A stretch of 64,000 nucleotides of DNA from Takakia lepidozioides (taxonomy: Eukaryota > Plantae > Bryophyta). The notes beneath the pieces are model-generated. The model made no database searches and had not been told where the DNA came from. It saw nothing but the letters and a program-made list of their open reading frames with translations. The stretch is taken from positions 43,152,001-43,216,000 of the forward strand of contig CM060731.1 in NCBI GenBank assembly GCA_030704615.1, read 5' to 3'. Below are positions 10,905 to 22,834 of the stretch, piece after piece (within the stretch, counting starts at the first letter, position 1; every line of letters starts with the position of its first letter). A program made the translations under genes and the position numbers.

Positions 10905-13900
10905 AGTTCGAAGTTGGGCGCCAGTTATCCCAGGAGGTAAATATTCCCAATCATCTGCTAATAGTTCACCCACCTCGTCAATCAGACTTTGAGGTTGAAG
11001 ATGGATGGGCACAGAACAGTCCAGACTATACTCTTATGGTTTGCAGGTGAACATGCAGGTGGAGAGTGTCGACTCCAAAGACGAAGACTTTGTGGAAGAA
11101 CGTAGCCCCCCTGAGGATGATGTGGAAAGACAGATTAGCCCTGTTCCTATTCGTGGTGGAGAGAATCTAGACCCCGACGTCGACATCATTCGCATGTTGC
11201 AGGAAACATTTGCAGTTGCAGATAATGTGCAAAGCACCATTAATGAGGATGAAGGGCTTGGAGAAGACGAGCGCCATCATGATGGACAAAGTCATGGGGA
11301 TGGGGATGACGGTGCTGCTTTCCAATTTCAGCATCAAGCAACCACACCTCTGTATGTTGGCTGCCCCACCAGCTGCTTGAGTGCGACGTTGCTTTTGCTC
11401 AATGTTAGTGCTACTCATGGTGTCACAAACGCAGCGATGGATGAGCTTCTGAAACTTTTCAGGGACATCTATTGCCTAAAGGGAACTTTTTGCCCAAATC
11501 TCATTATGAAGCAAAGAAACTTATAACAAAAGTTGGGCTTAATTACGATAGCATCCATGCTTGTGAGAAGGGATGTGTGCTATACAGGGGAGATATGCAT
11601 GATGCACCATCTTGCCCTAAATGTGGGGCGCCTCGGTACATCCCTGGCATGAAGACGTTGGTTCCACAGAAGGTCTTGCGGCATTTCCCCTTGATTCCCC
11701 GGCTGCAGCGCATGTACAAGTGCAAGGAGATATCTAAGCTTATGGTGTGGTACATGGAGAACCAAAGTCAAGATGGGAAGATGAGACACCCGCCTGACAA
11801 CCTTGCATGGAAATACATTGACGATACATGGCCTACTTTTGCAGCTGAACCTCGCAACTTGCGACTAGGTCTGGCATGGGATGGTATCAATCCCTTTGGT
11901 GATAAATCAACAAAATGGTCTACGTGGCCAGTCTTGCTCATGAACTACAACCTTCCTCCTTGGCTGAGCACAAAGCCTTTTTTTTATGATGTTGACACTC
12001 TTAATTCCAGGGCCGACATCCGTGAAGAAGACCAATGCGGATGTGTTCTTGCAGCCTCTAGTGGATGAGCTGACCGTGTTGTGGGAATGTGTTAGGGCTA
12101 ATGATGCATCTGGCAATGAAGGATCAAGGACCTTTGTCATGAGAGCCATTTTGATGTGGTCAGTACATGACTATTCTGCATATGCCATGCTAGCAGGGTG
12201 TGCAGTTGGGGGCTACAAGGCTTGTCCCGTGTGCGGGCCCAATCTTGATGCCAGGCACTCCAGTGCACTGAGCAAAATGGTGTACCAGGGGCATAGAAAA
12301 TTCATTACCAGCAGGCCATCCATATAGACGCAACCGCTTCAATGGAGCCTCCGATCACAGACCACCACCCACCACCCCCCCCCCCCCCCCAAGTATCCAC
12401 TGTGGATCAGCTCCAAAATGCGGAGGAAAACGAGAGGTTCATGGAAACATTTGGCAGCCGTCGCCGGAATGTGTGCCCTGCCAAATCCCATGGCATGAAG
12501 CGAAGGTCGATCCTTTGGAACCTGCCATATTGGAAGGTGGGTATGTCTTCATTGTTTGTTTGTCGGCAGGGCTGATTTCATAGTTGCATGGATACAGTTG
12601 TAAGTATCATCACACACGACTTAGATTTCAGCCTAATGCAAATTGCATTAAGCAAGTTTGGAGTCGCCTATGTATGGCACATGTAGCAGCAATATGGTTT
12701 CCATGAAAATGTCTGGCTTTTGTCTCTCTGGATACTGTCTGCAGCATGCAAGGCTGGTTTCTTCCTTTTCCCATTATTAAGATGTCATCTCTTGGCTTTA
12801 CCATCAAAGTATACCATATTGATGGTGGTTCCATGATTGCAGGATTTGTTGATACGGTATACCCTTGATGTTATGCACTGTGAAAAAACCATTTCTGAAA
12901 ACATATTGCGCACCATATTGGGGGAAAAGGACACAATAAAGAGCAGGAAGGACATGGAGAATGAGGGCATACGACCTCACTTATGGTTAAAACCCCACCC
13001 CGGAGATGGCAGGAAGTTGGTGAAGCCGTAGGCTCCTTACGTGTTGAATCGACAGGAAACTACTACCTTCTATGCAACTTTGGTTGCTCTAAAGACATCG
13101 ACAGGGTATGGTGCTTCATTTAAGAAGCATATTGCTAAGAACAAGCTTTCACACATGAAGAGTCATGACTACGATCTACTGATGCAACAAGTTCTACCCG
13201 CTGCTCCTCTTGAAACAACATTTTGTACTGCCGACTGTATCCACATATGAAAAGCAGGCAAATGCAACATGTTTTCGGGGTATGGAACGGTGCGTTGGTG
13301 TGCATTTCTCCCTTGGGTGGTGTATGTGGCTCGAAATTTGGCTCTGGCTGATTCTATGGTGGCCTTCTCAATATCATAAAGTCTGGTCATACTCAATTCA
13401 CACTTAGTCAGGATCATAGTATGTACAAAGAGGCTGAGTGAAAATTGAGAATGCGCCAATTTTGTGTCCGGAAATGGCCCCCAGAGTTAGCATGTGAAGC
13501 CAAATAAATGATGTATACTTACCTCAGAAACGGTCTCATGCACGCCGTGTTGTGAAGCACATAGTCATGTGCACTAGCCCAAAGCTCAGCCGACAGTTTC
13601 CTTGGAGTTCCAAAGCCCTCTAATACTTCTCCCGCAACACTTTCTTCTTCGTTGCAATCCCAGACCCTTCTACGAGTTCCTGGAAATGCAGCCATGTACT
13701 CTGTGAGGAGGCCAAGAGCCTCATCAAGAGAATACCTCCTGGCCATGCAACCTTCTGGCCGGGCATAGCTCTTCACATATCCCTTCAAATTTTTCATATA
13801 CCTCTCGATGGGGTACATCCAACGCGAACTAACAGGACCACAAACCTCCAATTCATTCACAAGGTGTAGCACAAGGTGGGTCATGAGATTGAAGAATGAG

Positions 13901-14759
13901 GGGGGAAACTCTTTCTCCAACAAACAAAGCGTTACAACCACATCCTCCTTCAGGGCTGGTAGTTCCTCGGGATCCACTGTTTTCATGCACAATGCGCGAA
14001 ATACACGAGATAGCTTCATGATTGCGAGCCTTGGACCTTTGCCCAGCAAACTATGAAGCAAATATTCGTCATCTGTGTAAGCCACCAGGGTTTGTTGCTC
14101 GTTCACTTCGGTCTATGTGGGCATACGGAAATCACTACAGAGTGGTGGAAACAGGTGTGGTTGATTACCATGTCACATTCGACTCTGGGGTTGCACAGAT
14201 TTTTGCCGAAGAGTCAACGGGAAGGGGCGTGGATGGTAACCCTGTCATGAACCAGCTGCAATATGTTGGTGTTGTTTGTGAAATTTTACAGCTTCAGTAT
14301 GGTGCTGTCACTCCTGTAGTATTCATATGTGAATGGGTCAGAGCAAGCTTGACAGGTCGCAACCGCACCATGAAGAAGGATGAGTATGGTTTCCTACTCG
14401 TGGACTTCGATCGCATGTTGCCACCGGGAGATGAACCATTCACATTTCCATGGCAAGTCGAGCAAGTTTTTTTTGCAGATGAGCCCTCCAACGCTGGTAA
14501 CTGGAAAGTAGTACTTCAGAAGGAGCCGCGCTCACGGCACGTGGTACATGATGTCACTAGTGTCAGCTTGGGTGAGAATGAGTCATGCGTAAGGATGCAA
14601 GTGGCGGAGGCATTGGAGGATGTGAATCCCAACACAGAATTTGGACCTTCAACGACCCTTACCAAAGCTGAGATGGCTACTATTGCTATGATGAGGCCCC
14701 CACGAAGGGACGAACCATGGCACCGAGATAGTGAGGATTGCAACACTGACCATGAGTGA
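10905..14759 (+). pseudogene. CACTA TnpD transposase (Transposase_21, DUF4218, DUF4216), disrupted and partly inverted
   Basis: IHACEKGCVLY, CPKCGAPRY, LRHFPLIPRLQR, RNLRLGLAWDGINPF, TWPVLLMNYNLPPW, LDVMHCEK, MKSHD, C-terminal DEPFTFPWQVEQVFF...WKVVLQKEPR. Frameshifts near 11470, 11985 and 12330, and a stop at 13029. Confidence 0.95.
13202..14060 (-). other. Inverted internal segment of TnpD (DUF4218 exon, intron and part of the next exon)
   Basis: LEKEFPPSFFNLMTHLVLHL...GPVSSRWMYPIERYM...RPEGCMA lies on the - strand while flanking TnpD is on +. TGCT (13202-13205) and AGCA (14057-14060) form an inverted microhomology. Confidence 0.9.
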
Positions 14760-15209
14760 AGTGAAAGTAGTAGCGATGAAGATGACTACATCTGGTAAAA
14801 GGACAATAGCGTCATGTTGACATTTTAACTGACACACTGAGTGACATTTTCAATTCCAAATCACTGGACACCCCGTGCTTCAGCCACTGGCCTGGTAAAA
14901 TGACATATGCATTATATGACATTTTGAGTGGCACACTGAGGCGCATTTTGAGTCCCAAATCAGCGGACATCCTGTGCTGCAGCATCCACTTGTTGCGGTT
15001 ATTTTCCCTGTGAATGTAGCAGCGAGGAAGATGATTCCTGGTAAAAGGGCAATAGCGTCATGTTGGCATTTTTGGTTGCTTCAGTTGTTACTCCACCTCT
15101 CTACTATCTCCCCCCTGCCCACATCCATGCCTTACTTACTCTCTAGCTACGAACTGAATTCTGATGCCTCTGCTCCTCCCTCCCCCTCTCTATTTTCCTT
15201 GTGTTCAGA

Positions 15210-16220
15210 TTGTGGGGGTTGGGTGCGATGTGTTGGGGATGTACTTCTTTATAATGTTTGTTCTAGTTTGGTGCAGTCGGGGGACAATCTGCACAACAAG
15301 TCACATGTTGGATCTGATGGGCATTGCAACTGTGGATGCTGATTCACATGTCTTCCCCACTAATGGGACCCCTCTGTTCATGCTTGGGATTTGGCAAGTT
15401 CGTAAACCCCCACTTTTTTGACTGTGTGCTTGCAGGTCACATGGGCAGAGCCATGCATGGGGCAGAGCCATTCAGTTGGCTACAGGTTCAATTCCTCCGC
15501 ACATGACAGTATGTGGCCTTATTTATGATGGCTTTGACTTGCTCATAGAGAGGGCTCGTTCCACGGTTACTCTATTTTTTGGCTTGTTTAAAAACCCTCA
15601 CTGTGACAGGGATGAGGCTTCTATCATTGCTCAATTTAGAGGCGATGTGATGGTGGAGGAGAATGTTCATGAATCACAAGAAGGTATGTGGCACCTCGGA
15701 ACCCATGAATTCAGAATCATGGAGATTCCAGATTCATATATAGCCAAAGTTGATCTTTTGCTTTGTGATTCCTCTCTGTTTCTCATGTTTGTGAGATTCG
15801 GTGCTTCATCCCTCTGCATGTACCACCCCGCTTTGTCATGATTGCGAGTTGGAATTGTAGAGATGACATTTCTTTGAAAAACATACATACTTTGTATGGG
15901 GGGCTTGAGGTGAGCAATCCAAAGACCATTATGTGTTACAGACACCAATTACCAGTCCACATTATGGGTGTGTACTTTGCATGGATTTGCAACCCCCCAC
16001 ATTATTTGGTCCTTCCGAAAATAAAACTCGTTCTTGCTAGAGCTGGAAGCTCATGGGCGCTATGCCTTCAACCATCCAGATGTGCTGTTATTTGTTCTGA
16101 ATGTGGACATCACCACATGTGCACTTGTAATTTTACCGCCCATTACCAAGTTGTTGCACCACACATGAAACAAAAGTATTACAGATTCATAAGTAGTATG
16201 GTTGAAAGGTCTGAGAAGTA
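15210..16220 (+). pseudogene. Unidentified accessory coding remnant inside the CACTA
   Basis: Acceptor-like CTTGCAG at ~15436 opens a protein-like frame (GLIYDGFDLLIERAR...WHLGTHEFRIMEIPDSY; LYGGLEVSNPKTIMCYRHQLPVH). Family not recognised. Confidence 0.35.
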
Positions 16221-16997
16221 GATAACAAGAGGCAAGCTGAACGTCGTACAGGGGACACTCAGTTTTTGACAGGAGAGGCCAGTTAAGTACATAAACTTGA
16301 GGCAAAACCCAAAAGGATAATGTACGCAAGCTGAAATGTGGATAGTCTCTGCATTGCTACTGCTTCACCCCCAAACCATCACACCGTCACAAGTACCAAC
16401 GCTGAAAACTGATGCAAAAATGTCATGCATGAGACGATTGCGGGAAGCTACAGTGCATGAATCTACATTGCGGTGTATGTCAATGACACTATGTATATCC
16501 TCGCTCACCTCAATCCATGATCACCATGACATCGTGCTCATCCAAGAGGGCATGGAAGGCCAGTCAATGTGTACCACAGGGAGTAATCGTGGAGCAACGG
16601 GTACTTCTTGCCAACAGATCGGAGCCTCTTATTGCAATTTGCAAGGCACCAAAAGTAGGCCACATGCTCCTTCTTGTGTATGTTCCCATTCCTTGTGTTT
16701 TTTGTTAATTGTATGTTCCCATTTCACACAGGTGTGTAACATGCCATGTAAACTAAGCCAACCCCTGCCACGCTCATGGCTGTTTTCACACCGTTCTTGC
16801 CTGGGGTGTGGACCACATGTGAGACACCCCACAGTTAGGGCATATTTAGACCCACACCTTGGCTTAGTGTACAGACCCGTGATAAAAGCCGTGGAATGTG
16901 CCAGGTGTGAGATGGCAGAGCCGTGGAAAAAGCCGTTTTTTCTTCTAGTGGACTATGACTCATGAGACAGTCTCAGCAGACTCGGAAGAGTTCTTAC

Positions 16998-17369
16998 TCG
17001 TCCCCAATTGGCACCAAAATGAAATTGCACTCTTTCAAGTCCTTGCCCAGTCGTTCAGTGCTGAGGCAACCTTTCAAGACCTCCAGAAGGCTTTCACGTT
17101 GCCCCACCCCCAATGACTTCAACACCGTCCACGTCGACGTTGGAAGAACAGCAATAGTGTTGGTGAACGTAGCCTCAACCGACTTCTCATAGAATCGACA
17201 CCACAGCTCCAGGAGTCTATCTGTGCATTCCGACTCAACCTTCTGGAGCGCCTTTATGTCATCCGGCAACAGTCCGCATTCAAACCGTGGGTCCCCTTCA
17301 AAAAACATCAGCATGGAATTATCCGCCTTCACGTGCAGAGCATGTGCTTTGCCTAACCGAGCACCCATC
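16998..17369 (-). CDS. Ulp1/C48 protease-like gene, upstream exon (a further exon is likely at ~17580-17700)
   Basis: ORF ...DDIKALQKVESECTDRLLELWCRF...KDLKECNFILVPIGD, followed by a GTAAG donor at 16997. Confidence 0.75.
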
Positions 17370-18254
17370 CTGCACAGAGCAGACCATCCTTCGGGAAGCC
17401 TCGTGTACTGAACAAACTGACGTCAACATGGTACCAAACACTCTACAGGCTGAACAATTCATCAGACTGACAAGACTAATCACAACAGACAATGATGAAA
17501 CCAGCAGCAGACTGACCATAACAGAGCGCAAAGCACTTAACGACAAAAATAGACGAGGAGACTGAGCACAGTACTCACATGTGCTGCTCCAGGAAACGAC
17601 CCACATCTTTGTCCATGTCCAAGGCCAGCTTGCGGTTTTTGTTCATAAAGACGCCAGACTTTTTCTTCGCCGGACTGGCGGGAGAACAAGCCAAAAGACT
17701 GACCGGAGGGAAAATAAGAAGTCAAATAGACTTAGTGCAACAGACTTCCGACACAACAGACTGACAAATTCACAAGTGCGACAGACTGATATCCCAACAG
17801 ACGGACTTCCAGCAGACCGCCTCCAAACTGACTGTTATGCACGCGATAAGGGGAATATCCGGAGCACTGACGGGCCAACGGACCCACTGTGAACAGACTC
17901 GCGACACAACGGACCTCAAACATCCACGCGCATTTGCAGATGCAATTGTCTCAGTCTGGTCCGTCTCCTGGCAAATGCGACAATGTACCGATTCTGCACC
18001 TACTCCCGTCGTGGCTTAGACATCTGCATTCAGCAGGTGCGTGTGGATGTTTGAGGACCTTACGACTGGATGGTGTTCCGTGACGACTCGAATTGTTTTT
18101 TTGTGCTGCCATCCCTTATATAATACCATGTGGATCCATCACAAAGCTGGGTTTCTTCAGATTCTCCACCCTTTTCCACAACTTATGCACGACGGATGCA
18201 AGCCGCTATACTTGGTCACATAAACAGTCCCATCGTCCGATACGAAATCTGCAA

Positions 18255-18634
18255 TACACGCCCCCATGTGCATACGCTTCCACCATTTTCGCGCCCATGT
18301 TACCCATGGGTTCTTTTAACGAACTAAACTTGTGAAGGCTCTCATGAGGGATGCAGTACAAATGGGCTAAACGTATCATGACGGATCACAAGCAGAGAAC
18401 GTTATCAACGACAGATGTCCGCATTTTCCATATTTATGACATAGAACCAAACCATAAAACGAAGGTTCCCGAAAGCACAACAAGAAGGCAAAAATAGTGG
18501 AAGCATATGCACGATGGTGGCTGTAGTGCCGAGACAGTCCTCTCATGTTCAAGCACACGCTTCATCATCATCATGAACATCGTGCGCAAAAGAGGAACAG
18601 TCGCGTGCATGGAAATGCCTACCGCAACATCGGA
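18255..18634 (+). repeat. Subterminal direct repeat, copy 2
   Basis: Near-identical to 4238-4594. Confidence 0.92.
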
Positions 18635-18663
18635 CAACAAACAGCCGTCAAAAGAGAGCGGCC

Positions 18664-19053
18664 GGGATTTGGTGGGAAGATCATTGTCATTTTCGCAGCC
18701 CTAAAATTGGAGGGCTCGGATGGGTTATGGGAATGGACGGTGGCGATCCTGCGCCGTCAGCGGACTGGATGGCAGGGGACTGGCCAGCGGACCGGCGGGC
18801 AGACTGGCGGACTGGCAGACTGCTGGGTAGCAGACTGGCCAACAGAGGACTGGCAGACTGGAGGGCAGCGGACTCATGGGCGGGGGACTCGCCGCGCGGG
18901 CGCCATTGCTGTAGCCGCGCCCGCGGCTGGGCGAGCGCGCGCAACGGCGGGCGGGGCGAGCGGGGTGCTGGGGAGCCGGGCGTCCGTGCGCGGGGCCCAC
19001 CGGCCACATCGCGCGTGCCCATTGAAGACCCTATTATCTTTAAAATGAGAGGC
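18664..19053 (+). repeat. Right TIR of MULE 2
   Basis: Ends ATTGAAGACCCTATTATCTTTAAAATGAGAGGC; inner end GGGATTTGGTGGGAAGATCATTG is shared with the left TIR. Confidence 0.9.
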
Positions 19054-19459
19054 CCACTATAATCAGGGAAATTAGGGGGGGAAAAAAAAAATGCCTACAT
19101 TATTGCTTTTTCAGGTGGCAAATTCTTTGAGCCATCCGTGACATGTACAAAGGAATTATGGGAGTAAAATCGTAAAATCCACAAATTTCGCCAAAAAGCC
19201 CCAGTAGTGAATATCAGGAGCCTGATATTGCTAACGTGGACCAATTACAACGTGGCACCTGGTATGTAGACACTTTCTAGCCCTGCCACCTCGTTATTCT
19301 CGCCACATGGGCACTGGATAGAATCGCCTTTTTGGAAGATAACGCTAAGCCCAAGCCCCCTGAATCTGGCGAAAGTACCGTCAAATCGCATGCGTGCATT
19401 TAGTTCTTACATTATTCTTATTGTTTTCCAATATTACTTATCATATGTTGTCATATGCA

Positions 19460-19518
19460 CACGTGGTTGAAACTTGAAACCCTAAACTCTATTCTCGACT
19501 CACAAACTTGAAACCCTA
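19460..19518 (+). promoter_or_regulatory. G-box and two telo-boxes upstream of the DUF1640 gene
   Basis: CACGTG at 19460-19465; AAACCCTA at 19477-19484 and 19511-19518, each preceded by AAACTTG. Confidence 0.55.
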
Positions 19519-19862
19519 GTAAGTGTCGAGAGTGCAGGAGCGTGGAGCCTATCGCAAGCAAGGGCTGCATCTCCGCACCAATCTCTCCAAGCGAGCTTCC
19601 CAGGCGTGTAAGTAGCCATGGTAAGCGTTGGACCTGTCATGCTGTGCATGCTTGTTTACGTTTTCTTCATGCTCTCTTTCCTGTTGAAAATGAATTGTTG
19701 TGGTGCCCTATGTTTCTGGGCAGCTTTACACTGAACAATATTGAGATGAAATGTTTTGAATACAATTGAGGTATACAACTAGTATGGGTTTGATATTTCA
19801 TATCATTTTTGGTTGGCATGTTCCTCTTTCTTTGTGTGTACAGCTTTGCAAGTGCACCAACA

Positions 19863-22834
19863 ATGTGCAGTACAATACGGCGAATTAGAAGGGTTGTGCA
19901 GCAACAGGGGCAGACATTGCATTCGCCTCCCGGCTCTTTCCCGGTTGACCTAATTACCTCAGATGTGAGGTTGAGGCAACCTATATCATTGTCGTCAGCA
20001 CCCGAGGACTGGCTGTTTTTGCAAGACCGGCAGCCATGCTTGCTATATTCTTTTGGATTGGCACCATCAAAATCATGGAATTACGCTGCAGTGAGGGGTT
20101 ATTACATGCGGAACATCTCACAGCTCGTTGCACCTGCTAATGGCAAAAGGGCCTTCCTTGTGGATACCCTAGCTCTGGTACTTTTTCGTCCTTACTGTTC
20201 CTGCCTTATTGCACAAAACTTTGGTTTCTTGAGGGTGGAGAAGCTTAGCATGAGTTGAAGGCGGACATGCGGTGGCTGACGAGAACCTTCTATTGACAGG
20301 TTCGACGGCTAGAAGCTCAGGGCTTGACACCGAAGCAGGCTGAAGCCATCACTGCAGTCATAACTGAGGTTCTTAATGATAGTCTGGAGAATGTGGCTCA
20401 GTCTTTTACTTCCAAGACAGAGATGCAGAGAGTATGTTGCTTATCCTTTAGTACATAATTGTTGTTGAGAATGTGTGTGGATTATTTGAGATTGTCTCAC
20501 AGCTGCAATAGCAGACATGCCTGTCAATCCTACTCTCAAGGAGGTGGTGACTGGTGTTTCGCAGGTCAAAAATGATTTATAATGTTCGCATTATAAAGAA
20601 TGAAGGTTTTTAATGTGCCTGGCCGGAGTTCTTTTGCTTGCAGATCAATCTAGAATGCCAACCTCATTGTCTGTTTTGCTGGACATGGCCTAGATATCTA
20701 GGATGGTGATGTGAAAGAAGAAGCATAAGTTGGCATGGCACTAAAGAAGTTTCTCTCGAGTGCTGTTTGAGAATTGTTGTACCAATGATGACCCTCTTTG
20801 GGACAATCTAGAAGTCACTTGTGTGCTACTCTTTAAAATCTGTATTTCATGGACTGCCTATCTCCCCTACTCTTTCTTTGCTGTTCCAAATTGTCTAACG
20901 TATTTGTTTATTTGGGCCATGCTTCATCCGTCAGCTGGGGGAATCTTATGCTTGCTCCACTGTTTGCTTGAATCAGAGCGAGATGATGGCAGAAGCTGCT
21001 CTCTCCAAGTTCAAAGGGGAAATGCAAAGCTCCCAGGTAGCCCCCTTTGTGTCGATGGTTCCAGTGGCAATTTGATTTTGCAGCTGTACTTTCATGGGTC
21101 TTCATGACTTGTGGTGGATAACATTTTATCTTCTGTTTTTCCTGGTCTCAGTAGTTTATATTTTCCTTGCTTTCTCTTTTGGTGATTCTCTCATTCCATT
21201 GGTGGTTGTGGGGAGTGCCTATGGTTGATGACAAAAGCTGGCACTAAACCTGTGCTCACTACAAGCTTAGTTGTCCATGTTTAGTCAGTTCTGGACTAGT
21301 GACTTTGCACATTGGATGCAACCTCAAAGACATCAAGAATGCTCATTAAACTGTTGTGGGCTTGTCGTGCAGGAGCATCATTTTGCCACCTTGCAGCGGG
21401 AGACAGAGAGGCTTCGAACTGATATTGACAAGATGCGGAGTGAACTTAGGTGTGGTTAGCTAGGTAACCTGATAGAGGAGGCTTGCCTGAGGGGTGGTTT
21501 GTCAGAATTCTTTCACTGCCTGGAAGTGTTGGTAGCAGCAGAGCTGATTGCCTGGTTATTGATGGCCTTTTGCCTTTGTGCAGGTATGAGATTGACAAAG
21601 TAACGGCAGGGCAACGATTAGACTTGAATTTGGAAAAAGGGTAGGTGTCTAACTCTCTGATGACTGTTGCTGTCTCTTCTGCAAATTTGACTGTGATTGT
21701 TTGAATTGCCTCTGTATGGGCCGGCCTTGATGACTTCAAGGGAACATTGGTAGTTTTGCCTAGCTATTACCTGGAGTGGTTCCGTACCACTTTTCATTGC
21801 TTAACCATTTGAGAGCAATGCTTTTCCAATGCAGGCGCATCAGGGAGGAGTTAGCAACTCAGAGTACAGAGACATCAAATTTAACCAACAAGCTGGATAG
21901 GGTAAATTTTTGTTCTGTTGGTATATGGAATTTTCTTCTTGACAGACTTTCAACTGAGTGAAGTTACATGCTGAGGGGTCTGGTTTGCTGACCCAGTAGG
22001 AAGCCTAATTTGTACTCTTGATGTCGGCCTATGTGGCTTCAGTGGAGTGTGCATGTGATCCATTGCCTCCATTTGAGCACCAGACTTGAAAAATCAGGAA
22101 GATGGGAAGGGAGTTGTCAGTTTCCTGTTGCTGGTACAGTATGCCTTTAAAGCATTTGTAGATGGTAGTATTTCTAAGGATGCAATTCAACTTTCTTCTA
22201 CCAGTATGTCATGCACACATGTTGTGCTGGACTTATCATGTCCTTCCTTGGCGTTGGATGAGCAGGAGATTCACACATTGAAAACACAACTTGAGGCTGC
22301 CAAGTATGATGTGATCAAGTACTGCATTGGTAAGTCTTCTCACTTAAGTTGTAGTAAGGGTTATTTTCTGGACAAGACAAATTCAGCCTAATAGATTATG
22401 GGTTAGGAGACATAGTCTCAATTACGGGAGGTTCAGCCCTTTCCAGATGAGTTTGATCTGGTCAATCAGTGACAAAGTGATATGTTTATTTACTTTTGTG
22501 TGCTCAACATAAATGGGAGGAGTTATATGTGATTTTTATGGATCATCTGCCTCTCATCTGGAGAGAAACACTGGCTGTAAGATAATGATGGATAAGCGTC
22601 TATACTGATTTTTGTGGGAGAATAGATTTGCAATCATGGTGTGCTCTTCCTTTCTCTACTGGTCTTCAAAGAGTCTAGGAGGAAGGCATTGCCTCCATGC
22701 CGGAATACCTGCATCTCACATGAATGTATGGATAGATGTGTTAACTTTTTGTTTTGTACATGGAATGCCTGAATGCAGGTACCATTGTTTCTGTTACGGC
22801 TGTTGGCCTTGGTCTGCTTCGCATTCTCATGTGA
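19863..22834 (+). CDS. FMP32: DUF1640 / CCDC90-MCUR1 / FMP32-like mitochondrial coiled-coil protein, 8 coding exons
   Basis: Exons give NGKRAFLVDTLAL|VRRLEAQGLTPKQAEAITAVITEVLNDSLENV|SEM|EHHFATLQRETERLRTDIDKMRSELR|YEIDKVTAGQRLDLNLEKG|RIREEL|EIHTLKTQLEAAKYDVIKYCIG|TIVSVTAVGLGLLRILM*, all with GT-AG junctions. Confidence 0.92.

Larger units (their letters stand above)
5359..16950. mobile_element. CACTA (En/Spm) DNA transposon
   Basis: Perfect 30-bp TIRs CACTAGAAGAAAAAACGGCTTTTTCCACGG (5359-5388, 16921-16950), 3-bp TSD GAC (5356-5358, 16951-16953), CCACG/CCACA-rich subterminal repeats, TnpD and TnpA-like coding remnants. Confidence 0.97.
3776..19053. mobile_element. Non-autonomous Ulp1-carrying MULE 2 (KAONASHI/VANDAL-like cargo) with nested CACTA and LINE
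   Basis: Inward-facing ~400-460 bp TIRs (3776-4237, 18664-19053). Only a degenerate possible 9-bp TSD (CATTAAAAT vs CACTATAAT, 1-nt offset). Confidence 0.8.
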
